Below, piece after piece: positions 29,188 to 38,834 of a stretch of 64,000 nucleotides of DNA. Location: contig NZ_JMCB01000008.1 in the NCBI RefSeq assembly GCF_000737315.1, forward strand, positions 310,001 through 374,000, in the 5' to 3' direction. The notes under the pieces were generated by a model, which had not been told where the DNA came from, searched no databases, and worked only from the letters and a program-made list of their open reading frames with translations. How positions within the stretch are numbered: position 1 is the first letter of the stretch; every line of letters starts with the position of its first letter. Origin of the DNA: Hyalangium minutum. Its GTDB lineage: Bacteria > Myxococcota > Myxococcia > Myxococcales > Myxococcaceae. The position numbers were made by a program, and so were the translations under genes.

Positions 29188-29814
29188 ATGCCCCTGGAAC
29201 GAGTTGCCGCCTCCCTATTGTGCGCTCTGTTCATCTCTTGCAGCACCACCCGCCAACTCGCACCCGCCAACCCTGAAGAGCTGACCCGCTACGTTCTTCT
29301 CATCCGGGAGCTGCCCGACGGCACTGTCACCCATTCCTGGAAACCCGCAGAGGAGATGGATCTGTCGCAGTACCGATTTCTTGCCAGCACGCGTGGCTCA
29401 GCTCGGCCCATCGTGCCAGTCATGGCCGGGCGACAGCGCGACTGCGATAAAGAGAATGACGAGTGCATCGACAAATGTATGAGCCACCCTCTCGCGCCAG
29501 GGTACGGGCACATCACTTCCAACAGAAAGAAAGGTGGTAAGGCGGCTTACTGTCGCGAGCAATGCTGGCAGGCCTATCGCGACTGCCTGGAAGTCGAAAA
29601 GCTGCGCCCGCAGGAGTTTACGGCCATCGATTTCGCAACCGATTGGCTGAAGCGCCACCACAAAACAATTCTGGTGGGGAGCGTGATCACCATCGCGGGA
29701 GTTGCCTTTGTCGTGGTCTCTGCCGGAGCTGGACTGGTCATCCTTGCCCCCGTCGTGATCCTGGCCAACCCTTCGGAGATGCATGAGCCCTTCATGGCCG
29801 GAGTGTCGCCATGA
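29188..29814 (+). CDS. Cys-rich lipoprotein with C-terminal hydrophobic hairpin (candidate toxin)
   Basis: Lipobox LFISC. CDKENDECIDKCM...YCREQCWQAYRDC. TM-like tail. Overlaps the next gene (ATGA). Confidence 0.7.
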   Translation: MPLERVAASLLCALFISCSTTRQLAPANPEELTRYVLLIRELPDGTVTHSWKPAEEMDLSQYRFLASTRGSARPIVPVMAGRQRDCDKENDECIDKCMSHPLAPGYGHITSNRKKGGKAAYCREQCWQAYRDCLEVEKLRPQEFTAIDFATDWLKRHHKTILVGSVITIAGVAFVVVSAGAGLVILAPVVILANPSEMHEPFMAGVSP

Positions 29815-30404
29815 CGATTGCAAGACAGATGCTGGAGACCATGGAACTCCTGGGCAGGCACCATGAAGAGACCGCTTCCGCCGAAGAGAAAGAGCGATTC
29901 TCCATGGCGCTCGACGCACTGGGCTTCATCTTGGCCTTCGGTCAGACCTACGGCTTTGAGGAATATCGCCAAGACGTCGCGGCCCAGGGTCCGCCCGTCG
30001 TTATCGCAGCCTTCGACACGCGTGAGAAAGCGGAGAGCTGGCTGAACCACCACCCCGACCCTCCACACCACGCCAACATCTTGATTGCAGGAGAATATTT
30101 TCTCACTGCCTATGCCCCAGACCTCAACCACCGCGCGATTCTCCACGACCCTGCGTTCGCCCATTACCTCAAAGAAATGATTCAGGACGGGATTCCGGCC
30201 CCGGTCGCCACCTTCAACACCCTTGAAGAGGCCAACACATGGCTCCAGGACCAGCCTGAGCCTCCGCGTCAGGTCTTCGTCTCCGTCGCAGGCGAGTATT
30301 ACCTCGCGGTGTATCACTACAAGGTCAAACTCCGTGCGCTTTACCCCGTCTCCATGGCAGCGAAGTCGGCGCAGGGAGACGAGGCAGCGCCTCGCAGCGG
30401 GTGA
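29811..30404 (+). CDS. Hypothetical protein with internal duplication (candidate immunity/partner)
   Basis: Two homologous units: AAFDTREKAESWLNHHPDPP..IAGEYF and ATFNTLEEANTWLQDQPEPP..VAGEYY. Confidence 0.7.
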   Translation: MTIARQMLETMELLGRHHEETASAEEKERFSMALDALGFILAFGQTYGFEEYRQDVAAQGPPVVIAAFDTREKAESWLNHHPDPPHHANILIAGEYFLTAYAPDLNHRAILHDPAFAHYLKEMIQDGIPAPVATFNTLEEANTWLQDQPEPPRQVFVSVAGEYYLAVYHYKVKLRALYPVSMAAKSAQGDEAAPRSG

Positions 30405-30440
30405 CGAGAACCTACCCATGAGGTAGGATGCTGGGCGCCT

Positions 30441-31880
30441 ATGTCGAGCTCCTCTCTGTCCTCGCTCCACCCCGCTGCGCTCCCTCCCGGCACCCCCGTG
30501 GGCCCCTTTCGCATCCTGGAATGGGCCGGACGGGGCGTCCACGGCGCCGTGTACTGCGCCGAGCGCATCGGCCGGGAGCGCCTGCCTCCCGTGGCCCTCA
30601 AGCTCGCCGTGCTCCCTGAGGACCCGCGCTACCTCCGAGAGCAGGAGCTGCTGTCCCGCTCGCACCACCCCCACATTCCCCGGCTCGTGGGCGCAGGCCT
30701 CTGGGTGAGCCCAGAGGGCGCTCGGCACCCTTTCTTGGCCATGCAGTGGATAGACGGCATGCCTCTGTACGACTGGGGCCGCATGTTCCACCCCTCGGCG
30801 CAACAGCAACTGCGGCTGCTGGCCCAGGCCGCCCTCACCCTCCAGTACCTCCATGCGCAGGGCGCGCTCCACCGGGACTTCAAGGGCGACAATCTCCTGG
30901 TGCGCCGCTGGGACAGCCGCCTGTTCCTCATGGACTTCGGCTCCAGCATCTACCCCGGTGCCGACACGCTCACCCCACAGCAACTGCCTCCGGGCACTCC
31001 CGCGTACCGCTCTCCCGAGGCCTGGCTCTTCACCCTGCAGCCGCGCCATGCCTCGGAGCGCTACCGGGCCGGGCCCGCGGATGATGTGTTCGCCCTGGGC
31101 GTCACCGCCTGCGTGCTGGCCACCGGCAGGTACCCGGAGATGGGCGTGCCTCGGAAGGATGAGCAGGACCGCGCGTTTCTGGATGCGCTGAAGCTGCCGC
31201 GCGCCTTGTTCTCCGCCCAGGTGGCGCCGCCGCTGCGCGAGCTGATTCTGCGCATGCTCGCCATTGCCCCCAAGGAGCGCCCCACCGCGGCCGAGCTGGC
31301 TCCCGCTTTGGAGCAGGCCGCGGAGGCGCTCGGCCCCTCGACCCCGAGCCTGCGTGCCCCCCAGCCCGAAGCAGGCCGAGCGGACGAGTTGGAGGCGCAG
31401 CGCGCTCCTCCGGGGCTCGTGTGGCGGCCCTGGCTCGTGGGGGCCGCGGGTGCCCTGGGCCTGTGGGCCGGAGCCCTCGTGCAGCCAGAGCCGCCGCCGG
31501 TTCGCGAAGAGCCTCCTCGGGCGGCTCCCGCCGTGCCCCTGAGCGCCACGCCGGACGCGGCCGAGACGGACACCGCGGGGCTCGGCGAGCAGGCCTCCCC
31601 TGCGCCGCAGCAGACTCCTGCGCCCGCCGCCGCGCGGGCCGTGGCGGAGAGTCTCCCCGAGCCCTCCGAGGGCCAGGCCCAGCCCGACAAGAAAGGCCGC
31701 TGCCCTCACCCCCAGCAGGTGGTGCTCAACGGGGCCTGCTGGGCCCGCCTGCGGGGAAGCCGCGAGGAGTGCGATGCCGCGGACGGCCAGATGTACCAGC
31801 AGGCGTGCTACGTGCCCGTCTATCCCGGCAAGCAGGGCCGTCCGTCCACCTCGGGCGCAGGCCGTCCCCATCCGCAGTGA
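30441..31880 (+). CDS. Ser/Thr protein kinase, membrane-anchored
   Basis: GRGVHGAVY, VALK, HRDFKGDN, DFG, GTPAYRSPE. TM segment and Cys-rich tail. Confidence 0.9.
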   Translation: MSSSSLSSLHPAALPPGTPVGPFRILEWAGRGVHGAVYCAERIGRERLPPVALKLAVLPEDPRYLREQELLSRSHHPHIPRLVGAGLWVSPEGARHPFLAMQWIDGMPLYDWGRMFHPSAQQQLRLLAQAALTLQYLHAQGALHRDFKGDNLLVRRWDSRLFLMDFGSSIYPGADTLTPQQLPPGTPAYRSPEAWLFTLQPRHASERYRAGPADDVFALGVTACVLATGRYPEMGVPRKDEQDRAFLDALKLPRALFSAQVAPPLRELILRMLAIAPKERPTAAELAPALEQAAEALGPSTPSLRAPQPEAGRADELEAQRAPPGLVWRPWLVGAAGALGLWAGALVQPEPPPVREEPPRAAPAVPLSATPDAAETDTAGLGEQASPAPQQTPAPAAARAVAESLPEPSEGQAQPDKKGRCPHPQQVVLNGACWARLRGSREECDAADGQMYQQACYVPVYPGKQGRPSTSGAGRPHPQ

Positions 31881-31951
31881 GAACTCGCGGCTCGAAGCCA
31901 ACCGCATGTGCCCCCCAGTGTGCCCCTCCAGGGTTTTGCTTCCGCCTTGTT

Positions 31952-31974
31952 GCGGGTTCGATTCCCGCCGCCTC
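31952..31974 (+). repeat. tmRNA-3'-end-like att core, copy 3
   Basis: GCGGGTTCGATTCCCGCCGCCTC. TGTGCCCC direct repeats at 31907 and 31919. Confidence 0.8.
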
Positions 31975-32193
31975 GGGGATGCGCCCTACCGCAGATGGGC
32001 GGCTTTTCGCACTCGCGCGGCGTCCTCCCCAGGAGGCACGCCGAACTGTCGGCGGAAGGGTGGACAACTGCCTTCTCGTCATTCAGGCGGGACTCCCAGT
32101 GCCATCCGCTGGGAGAGCAAACAGGCGATGAAGAAGGACGGCGGAGACGCGGTGCGAAACTCTCAGCAGGTCGCGCGGCTCGGGGCGTGGGTG

Positions 32194-32835
32194 TCAGTCG
32201 CCGAAACCATCCGCCCACCAAGCGAGCAGGGCCGCCGCGGAGCCTACGGCCATGCCCGGGTAGGAGCCGAGGCGCAGCCCGATGAAGGCGTTCACCTCCC
32301 GGCCTTCGGGGTTGACGTTCGACCTCTGCGTGAGCGGGAGGACCTCCAACTGCGCGCTCAAGGCGGCGAAGTCGCCGAAGTTGAGCGCCACGTGGCCACT
32401 GAAGGCGGGATAGCTCGGGACGAAGCCGCTGCCATGCTTCAGCCCGAAGAGCAGCAGGCCCGGGGCCACGTCGACGCTCAGCCAGGGGTTGAGCCAGCGT
32501 CGCAGCCGGGGCTTGATCCCGAGCATGCGCCGCGGCTCCTCGTCGTTGACGAGGAACAGGGTGCCGCCCACGGCCAGATCATGCACCTCCAGGTTGCTCA
32601 TGTAGCCGGCCTCCCAGATGAAGTTCAGGGGAGGCCGCCGGTATCCCGTGGTGGGCGCGATGTAGGCGGCGAACTCCGTCAAGGTGAAGCCCTTGCACTT
32701 GTGCACGGGACCTCCTCGCAGGCACAGCGGATCGGGAGGCGGTGTGGCGGCCTCTGGCGGGCTGGCCAGTGCGGCACCTGGGAGGACACAGAGGGACAGC
32801 AACGAGAAGAGGCGGAGGGCGTGCAGCGTTCTCAT
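32194..32835 (-). CDS. Secreted/outer-membrane hypothetical protein
   Basis: Signal peptide MRTLHALRLFSLLSLCVLPGAALA followed by amphipathic beta-strand-like segments. Confidence 0.65.
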   Translation of the reverse strand: MRTLHALRLFSLLSLCVLPGAALASPPEAATPPPDPLCLRGGPVHKCKGFTLTEFAAYIAPTTGYRRPPLNFIWEAGYMSNLEVHDLAVGGTLFLVNDEEPRRMLGIKPRLRRWLNPWLSVDVAPGLLLFGLKHGSGFVPSYPAFSGHVALNFGDFAALSAQLEVLPLTQRSNVNPEGREVNAFIGLRLGSYPGMAVGSAAALLAWWADGFGD

Positions 32836-32989
32836 AGCGGCGTCTGCCTGGAGTCCGAGCGTTCCGGCCAGGCGCTCGCGAAAGACCGTTTGTCCACTTA
32901 TAGCCCGATAACGCCCAGGCCCCGCGCATGAGACTGCCCCGGCTCCGCCCCTGCTTGAGGGAGCAACGTCCCCGGCCTCGGACGTGCAG

Positions 32990-33832
32990 TCAGAGCATCG
33001 GGAGCTCGGGCCTGGGCTCGGAGGCAAAGGCCTCGTCGATGAGCGAAATCTCCTCCCGCGTGAGTCGCAGGTCCGCGGCCCCCGCATTCTCCTCCACGTG
33101 CGCCACGCGCGAGGCTTTGGGGATGGCGAAGAGCGAGGGGCGCCGGGTGACGAAGGCGAGCGCCACCTGGCGGAGGGTGGCCCCGTGGTTGCGCGCGACC
33201 TGAACCAGCGCGCGCCCCCTGGGTGACGAGGGAGACGGGAACTGGCCGTGGCCGAGGGGGCTGTAGGCGACCATCGACACCCGGTGGTCCTCGCACCAGG
33301 GGAGGACGCGGTACTCGGTGGTGCGCTCCTCCAGGTTGTAGAGCACCTGGTTGCAGGTGATGCGCCCCTCGCCCGTGAACCCGAGCGCCTCCTCGAGGTC
33401 GTCCACGTCGAAGTTGCTCACGCCCCAGCTGCGAATCTTCCCCTGGTCCACCAGCCGGTCGAAGGCGCCGAACGTCTCCTCCAGGGGATACTTCCCCCGC
33501 CAGTGCAGCAGGTAGCAGTCCAGCCAGTCCGTGCCCAGGCGCTCCAGCGAGCGCTCACAGGCGCCCAGGGTGCCGCGGAAGCTCGCGTTGGAGGGCAGCA
33601 CCTTGGAGACGAGGAAGACCTCGTCGCGCCGGCCGGAGATGGCCTCCCCCACCATCTCCTCCACCGCGCCGGAGCCGTACATCTCCGCGGTGTCCACGTG
33701 GGTCATCCCCAGATCCAGCCCTCGGCGGAGCGCCCGGATGGCCTCCTCCCGGTGGGCCTGGTCCAGGTACCAGGTGCCCTGGCCCAGCACCGGCACCTGC
33801 CAGCCGGTGGGGCCCCACGCGTGCGTCCTCAT
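32990..33832 (-). CDS. Aldo/keto reductase
   Basis: LGQGTW, VDTAEMYG, VSKV, DCYLLHW, WGVSNF, NQVLYNL, AYSPLG, IPKAS. Confidence 0.93.
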   Translation of the reverse strand: MRTHAWGPTGWQVPVLGQGTWYLDQAHREEAIRALRRGLDLGMTHVDTAEMYGSGAVEEMVGEAISGRRDEVFLVSKVLPSNASFRGTLGACERSLERLGTDWLDCYLLHWRGKYPLEETFGAFDRLVDQGKIRSWGVSNFDVDDLEEALGFTGEGRITCNQVLYNLEERTTEYRVLPWCEDHRVSMVAYSPLGHGQFPSPSSPRGRALVQVARNHGATLRQVALAFVTRRPSLFAIPKASRVAHVEENAGAADLRLTREEISLIDEAFASEPRPELPML

Positions 33833-34022
33833 GCGGTACCTCCTCGTTGCCCGCAAAGGTTGGGCACGCCGCTCCCTCCGTGCAGGCGGAGGCCGTCACG
33901 ACCCAGCGAGGGCTCACCGGTCCCGAGGCAGAGCCGCTCTGGCCGCCGGGCCGGGCCGGACGGACCTTCAGGCGGAAGGGACGGACGCTGGCGCCGGCGT
34001 GGCCGCCGGTGAGGAGGGCAGG

Positions 34023-34685
34023 ATGCGCAACCCCCGGGTCGAGCAGTACAGCACCACGGACACCCGCCGTGCAGAGGGCTTCGCGGACGCGGTCTTCGCC
34101 ATCACCATCACCCTGCTGGTGCTCGAGCTGCGTCCACCCGAGGTCCCGCCCGGCCAGCTGCTCGCCGGGCTGCTGCATCAGTGGCCGTCGTATCTCGCCT
34201 ACGTGACGTCCTACCTCTACATCGCGGTCATCTGGCTCAACCACAAGCACGCCTTCCTGCGCATCCGCTCGATGAACCGGGGGCTGCACTGGGCCAACCT
34301 CGGAATCCTCTTCACGACCGCGCTGCTGCCGTTCGCGACCGGGGTCCTGTCGAAAGCGGTGCGGGAAGGCGATCCGGCCGACGAGCGGACGGCCGTGGCG
34401 CTCTACTCGCTGGTCGGCGCGTTCCTGTGTGGCACCTGGGTGGTGTTCTTCCGCTACCTCGGCCACCACCCGACCCTGCTCGACGAGGGAGTCCCCGCGG
34501 AGTTCTTCATCCAGGAGACCACCCGCGCGTGGCTGGGGGTCATCCTCTACGCCGCCGCCGGGGCGTTCGGCTACCTCGTCGCCCCGGTCATCGCGCTGGT
34601 GCTCTTCCTCGCTGTGCCGACCTTCTACGCCATCACCAGCCACGGGCTCTACGAGCTGGGCATCGTGTTGCGTCGGCGTCGCTGA
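34023..34685 (+). CDS. TMEM175 (DUF1211) family potassium-channel-like protein
   Basis: RAEGFADAVFAITITLLVLEL signature, W.NH, LPFAT. Confidence 0.88.
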   Translation: MRNPRVEQYSTTDTRRAEGFADAVFAITITLLVLELRPPEVPPGQLLAGLLHQWPSYLAYVTSYLYIAVIWLNHKHAFLRIRSMNRGLHWANLGILFTTALLPFATGVLSKAVREGDPADERTAVALYSLVGAFLCGTWVVFFRYLGHHPTLLDEGVPAEFFIQETTRAWLGVILYAAAGAFGYLVAPVIALVLFLAVPTFYAITSHGLYELGIVLRRRR

Positions 34686-34689
34686 CGCT

Positions 34690-35304
34690 CTCTCTGCCGA
34701 AGGCCCTATTGCGGCGGACATCCGCCGCGCTGATTTCGGTTGTGCTCACCGTTCCCGCAGCTCCTGGGGAGAAGCCCATCATCAATCTACATCCCGGTTT
34801 CCAAAGCCAAACGAGAGTCCCTATATGTTTCTGGGGCTTTCGTGGGCGCACAAAAGCATCGCGGCAATTCAGGCTTCAAGACATCAGTTGGCTACTTACA
34901 GCCATGTAGGCATATGGCTTTCCGACAAGGAGAGCCACGAGCGGTCAATCAAGCAAGATCTTGAAGAGCCTTTGATGCAGCTTGCAAAGAAGCTCAACAA
35001 GAAGACCGCGCAAACTAAACGCGGTCCCGAATGGGGTAGGCTTCTGTTTGTGCAAACATGGATTGCGTCCGAGTTTGACCGCATAAGGCGTGATCAGCTT
35101 GAACGATTCAACAATGAGCTTTTCGCCTCCAGTGGCTTGGGCGCAGCGCTGCTGGTGAGTCGAAAATGGGATGCCTTGAGGCTAAGGCATAATTGGATTG
35201 TGCATCCAATCTTGCCGCATAGTCGGCAATCGGACTTGTGGGAACTCCTCTCCCGTGTAAGCCAATCGGGTAGCGAAGTTTTGGTGCCACAAGTTACAGT
35301 GTAA
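34690..35304 (+). pseudogene. Low-GC open frame, probably a 5'-truncated foreign gene
   Basis: Open frame to TAA at 35304 with AT-richer composition than the flanks. No clear RBS or start. Confidence 0.4.
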
Positions 35305-35384
35305 ATCGATGGGGCACTCATTACGAAACGGCTCGTGTCGTGAGCCACTCGCCGACGGGTTACGCCGTCGGTCGGCCCCGCGGC

Positions 35385-35913
35385 TACTTCAGCGCGTCGG
35401 CGAGAGTCGGGATCTTGCTCGCCTTGCGTGCCTGCTCGACCTCCGCGAGCTGCTTGTCGGTCAGCTCGACGTGCGTCCAGCGTTAGCCGCTGATCACCTT
35501 CCCGGACTGACCGTCCTTCGGGGGAGCTGCTTCGGGTAGACCTCGCAGCGGATCAGCAGGTGGGTTCCCGCCTGCCGCTCGTCGAAGAACTTCTTCAGCG
35601 CGGCCGGGTTGGCGAACTCGAGTTCGTCAGCGCCGACGAGGGTCATCAGGAACGACTTGAAGCGCCCGCCGCCGCCCTTCTTCTGATCGCTCAGGTTCTC
35701 GACATAGTCGACGGTCTCGCTGACTCGGCTCGGGGCCTCGCCGCCCGGAAGGGGCTCGGACTCGCGAACCTTCAGCTCGCCGATCGCGCTGTCGCCCTTG
35801 AAGCCCTCCTTCGTGCGGATGACCTCCACGGCGAGCAGGTAACGACCGAAGCGGGGATAGCGGCCCCCCGCGGCAGCGGGCGCGGTCGCGATCTTCGTCA
35901 ATGCACTGTTCAC
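35385..35913 (-). pseudogene. Prophage-type hypothetical gene (possible ssDNA-binding/replication accessory), inactivated
   Basis: MNSALTKIATAPAAAGGRYPRFGRY... Frameshift near 35520 and a TAA, then the second frame continues RWTHVELTDKQLAEVEQARKASKIPTLADALK*. Hairpin CCGACGG/CCGTCGG at 35352-35371 downstream. Confidence 0.5.
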
Positions 35914-36139
35914 GTTGCTTGCTTCCTCTCTTTGGGTGAGTGCCAGCGACGCGGGCTTGCGACCGCTGGCACACGCCTAAATTGGTGCGCTTGCGGCGCG
36001 TGGCTCAGACTTCCGCGAGTGGCTCAGATGATGGAATCTTCCTAGATAGGGAAGTGTCCCTTCAGCCGATTACCTCACCGCTATTGGTTTCGGATACCAT
36101 GTGGCATCAAAAAGCAACTAACGCCAACGAGAGGTCGCA

Positions 36140-37111
36140 ATGGAGAATCCCGCAAGGACGATATTCAACTCGATCAACACTGATCAGGATGTGGGACGCC
36201 TGATCAGGACGCAGGTGGAAGATCTTTATGTTGACTTCAAGACCAAGCAAGATCACGCCATTTCGGACGTAGATCAACATCTCCAAGCAGTGCTTTCCAA
36301 GGCAATTGCGGGATTCGCCAATGCCGATGGAGGAGTGATTGTCTTAGGTGTCAATGCCCCCCAAGGGCAGCCGCCTTCCTTGAAATTGATCGCGCCACTT
36401 AATGACTTCGAGCAGGAAGTTAACTCGTATATTCCTCGCTCCACTTCCTTTCCTGTCGCAGGGGCGGAAACGAAAAAGGTCCCTTTCCAAGGACAAGCAG
36501 GCGGCGTGGTGTTGGTGTACGTCCCCAAAAGCGACCTTGCGCCGCACTGTAGCATGAAGGATCGCCGTTACTATCAACGGATCGGCGACTCGTTCTTGCC
36601 GATGGAGCACTACCAAATTGCAGACATGTTCGGACGGCGCCACCAACCGCGGCTCGTTCCCTATGTTGAGGCTAGCCGCGATATCAACTCCCGTGGAGGG
36701 ATGGAGTTGATCGTTGGCGTCAAGAACGTTGGAGTGGCGATCGCTAGATACGTCTATTTGTCCGTGGAGGAGCGTGCACAATTTTCGTTTTCAGATTACG
36801 GCATTAGCGGCAACGGCCATTGGGGCTTGCCGCCCTTTGTTGGCGGGAGCCGGCTAAGTGAATATCGAGGTGGTGTTGATCATGTTATTCATCCCGGAGT
36901 TGCCCTGCCTGTCACAAAGATGAGAGGTGCCGTCAGGGTTGATACCCCGGCCACTTTGTTGGAGGAGTACTCACAGATTACAATTGCTGGTCGTGTCGTT
37001 GCAGAGGGGGCCGTGTTGAAAAACTGGCGTGTGTTTCTTTCTAGAGCACAGATACAGCAAATTCTTAGCGGGCCCAACCAATCGGTGGTCCTTGATAGTA
37101 TACTGACTTGA
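36140..37111 (+). CDS. Schlafen/AlbA_2-domain protein with unknown C-terminal beta-rich domain
   Basis: EDLYVDFK, KAIAGFANADGGVIVLGV, VYVPKS..PH, RYYQRIGD. Lower GC than the flanks. Confidence 0.85.
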   Translation: MENPARTIFNSINTDQDVGRLIRTQVEDLYVDFKTKQDHAISDVDQHLQAVLSKAIAGFANADGGVIVLGVNAPQGQPPSLKLIAPLNDFEQEVNSYIPRSTSFPVAGAETKKVPFQGQAGGVVLVYVPKSDLAPHCSMKDRRYYQRIGDSFLPMEHYQIADMFGRRHQPRLVPYVEASRDINSRGGMELIVGVKNVGVAIARYVYLSVEERAQFSFSDYGISGNGHWGLPPFVGGSRLSEYRGGVDHVIHPGVALPVTKMRGAVRVDTPATLLEEYSQITIAGRVVAEGAVLKNWRVFLSRAQIQQILSGPNQSVVLDSILT

Positions 37112-37151
37112 TTCTTAATGGACTTGAACCTGGAGTGATCGTCGGCCCGCG

Positions 37152-37520
37152 CTAGAGCGCGGGCCAGTCGTAACTCGCGAAGCAAAGCTTTTGCGGCGTG
37201 CCTTCGGTCTGCTCAATGAAGCGCGCGAAGTCTCGAGCCTTGCGGAAGGCTTCGATCAGCTCGTCGGTGTGCTGATACAGCTCGACCTCGACCTCGACCT
37301 CGACCTCGTCGGCGAGTTGCCCTTGACGGTGACACCGCCCGATCGCCTGTTCCCACGCGGCGCCGTCGGCGGGCGGGTTCACGAAGAGCATCCGCGAGAA
37401 CGCGGTTAGGTTCTTCCCCGTGCCATGCGCCCGAAGGGACGCTACGATCGACCGCTTGCCGTTCTCGCGGATGCTGGTGCTCAGCCGCTCAAGCGAGGAA
37501 ACCTGCGGCTAATGCACGGG
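37152..37520 (-). pseudogene. C-terminal relic of a prophage SF2/SNF2-like helicase
   Basis: SIVASLRAHGTGKNL...WEQAIGRCHRQGQ (helicase motifs V-VI). Upstream part disrupted. Confidence 0.65.
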
Positions 37521-37913
37521 CATCAGATCGCGAAGGTGCTTCCTAAGCATCACGCCGCGAAGGTCGCCGACGAGTGGGGAGTTCCCGGGCTCACGGTCGC
37601 CGTCGGGCACTCTCACCGGCCGGGGATGCACGTTCGGCCTGGCCGCGAGGGCAACTGCCGGGCGATCGCGGTCGGCGCGGGCCGCACGCTGGATCCCGAC
37701 TGGGTGAAGGGGCGCCCGAGAGGATGGAGAACGAGCTGCTCGTCGCGTATCTCCTGCCGACTGGGCACGTCGCGGCTTACAGCGTGCGGCTCGTTAGGGG
37801 CGCGTTTCTCTGGGGGGTAAGGTCTACCGCTGAGCCGCGGTCGAGAAAGCGTCTCGCAGTCAAGTCGTGACCGAAGCTAACAGCCCGGGTGGGGCTTCCT
37901 GATCTGGTCTGCG

Positions 37914-38834
37914 GTGCCCCTGCGCGCTCGCAGAACCTGCTACCGTTCGCCCAATTCAGGAGGTCACCTTCATTTGAGCCAACCTGCTAGATTGGCCCTT
38001 GTGCTCGCGGTCGTGTGGGGAGCTGCGGCACGAGGAGAGACGCCTTTGAGCAGTCGTGCGAAGCGAGAGCGGCCTGTCGCAGTCGTCGGCAAAGCCGACG
38101 AGCCTCTGCCCGAGATCCACGTCGCGCCGGACGCGATCACGCTGCTTTGGTTTCCTGCCGACATCCAGCGGAAGACGCTGACGGTTGACGAGTCGCGGAT
38201 CCGGGTGCTGGACACAGGCACGCGCTCGATCATCGTCCAAGCTGTGCCCGACTACCGGCTCGAGGAGCGGCACGAACTCGGGGTCTTCTTCGCCGACGGG
38301 CAGGCGCCCGCTCGGGCCGCGTTTGCGCTCGTCATGGACCCCGCAGAAGTCGACACGCGGATCGACGTGCAACGCCCCGAGCTGCCGACCGGCCCCTGTC
38401 CGGCCGAAATGCAGCGCGCCGCCCCCCGACCCGAAGACTTCGTGCTGAAGGGCTTCGTAAACGCGCGCGGCATCCCGACAGTCGTCGTCCCGAAGGTTGC
38501 GGACAGCGAGCGGGGCTTTTCGTCGGAACCCGGTGTCTCCTATCGCGGCAATGGGTGGGCGATAGTGGAGGTGTGGATCCGCAACCTGTCCGGTCGGTCA
38601 CCGTGGACGCCGCGCGACGTGGTGCTCAAGGACAAGGCGGGAGAGAATCTGCACGCGCGCCTTGTGACGGACGCCAAAGGCCCGGTTGCTCCGGGGGATC
38701 GCGTGCGCGTGCTCGCCGTTCTCGACCGAGCGGCCCCGAGCGTTGGGCCTGTCGTCGTCCTGGAAGTGCTCGGGGATGACAATCGCAGCTTCGTGATTCC
38801 CCGTGTGACACTTCCGATGGAGGGAAAGCCATGA
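37914..38834 (+). CDS. DUF2381-like myxobacterial protein
   Basis: EIHVAPDAITLLWF...FFADGQAPARAAFALV...EVDTRIDV. Coupled (ATGA) to a kinase. Start uncertain. Confidence 0.75.
   Translation: MPLRARRTCYRSPNSGGHLHLSQPARLALVLAVVWGAAARGETPLSSRAKRERPVAVVGKADEPLPEIHVAPDAITLLWFPADIQRKTLTVDESRIRVLDTGTRSIIVQAVPDYRLEERHELGVFFADGQAPARAAFALVMDPAEVDTRIDVQRPELPTGPCPAEMQRAAPRPEDFVLKGFVNARGIPTVVVPKVADSERGFSSEPGVSYRGNGWAIVEVWIRNLSGRSPWTPRDVVLKDKAGENLHARLVTDAKGPVAPGDRVRVLAVLDRAAPSVGPVVVLEVLGDDNRSFVIPRVTLPMEGKP

Noticed and set aside
29574-31907. Long antisense or alternate-frame ORFs (e.g. 29574-31907 -, 3194-4705 -, 8150-9697 +, 16270-18066 +, 41946-43637 +)
   Set aside because: They are shadows of real genes in high-GC DNA, with Arg/Pro/Ala-rich translations and no motifs.
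32105-32175. Glycine-riboswitch-like GGAGAG...GAAG...AAACTCTCAG
   Set aside because: The intervening stems and the GCCGAAG motif do not fit, and no glycine-related gene follows on that strand.
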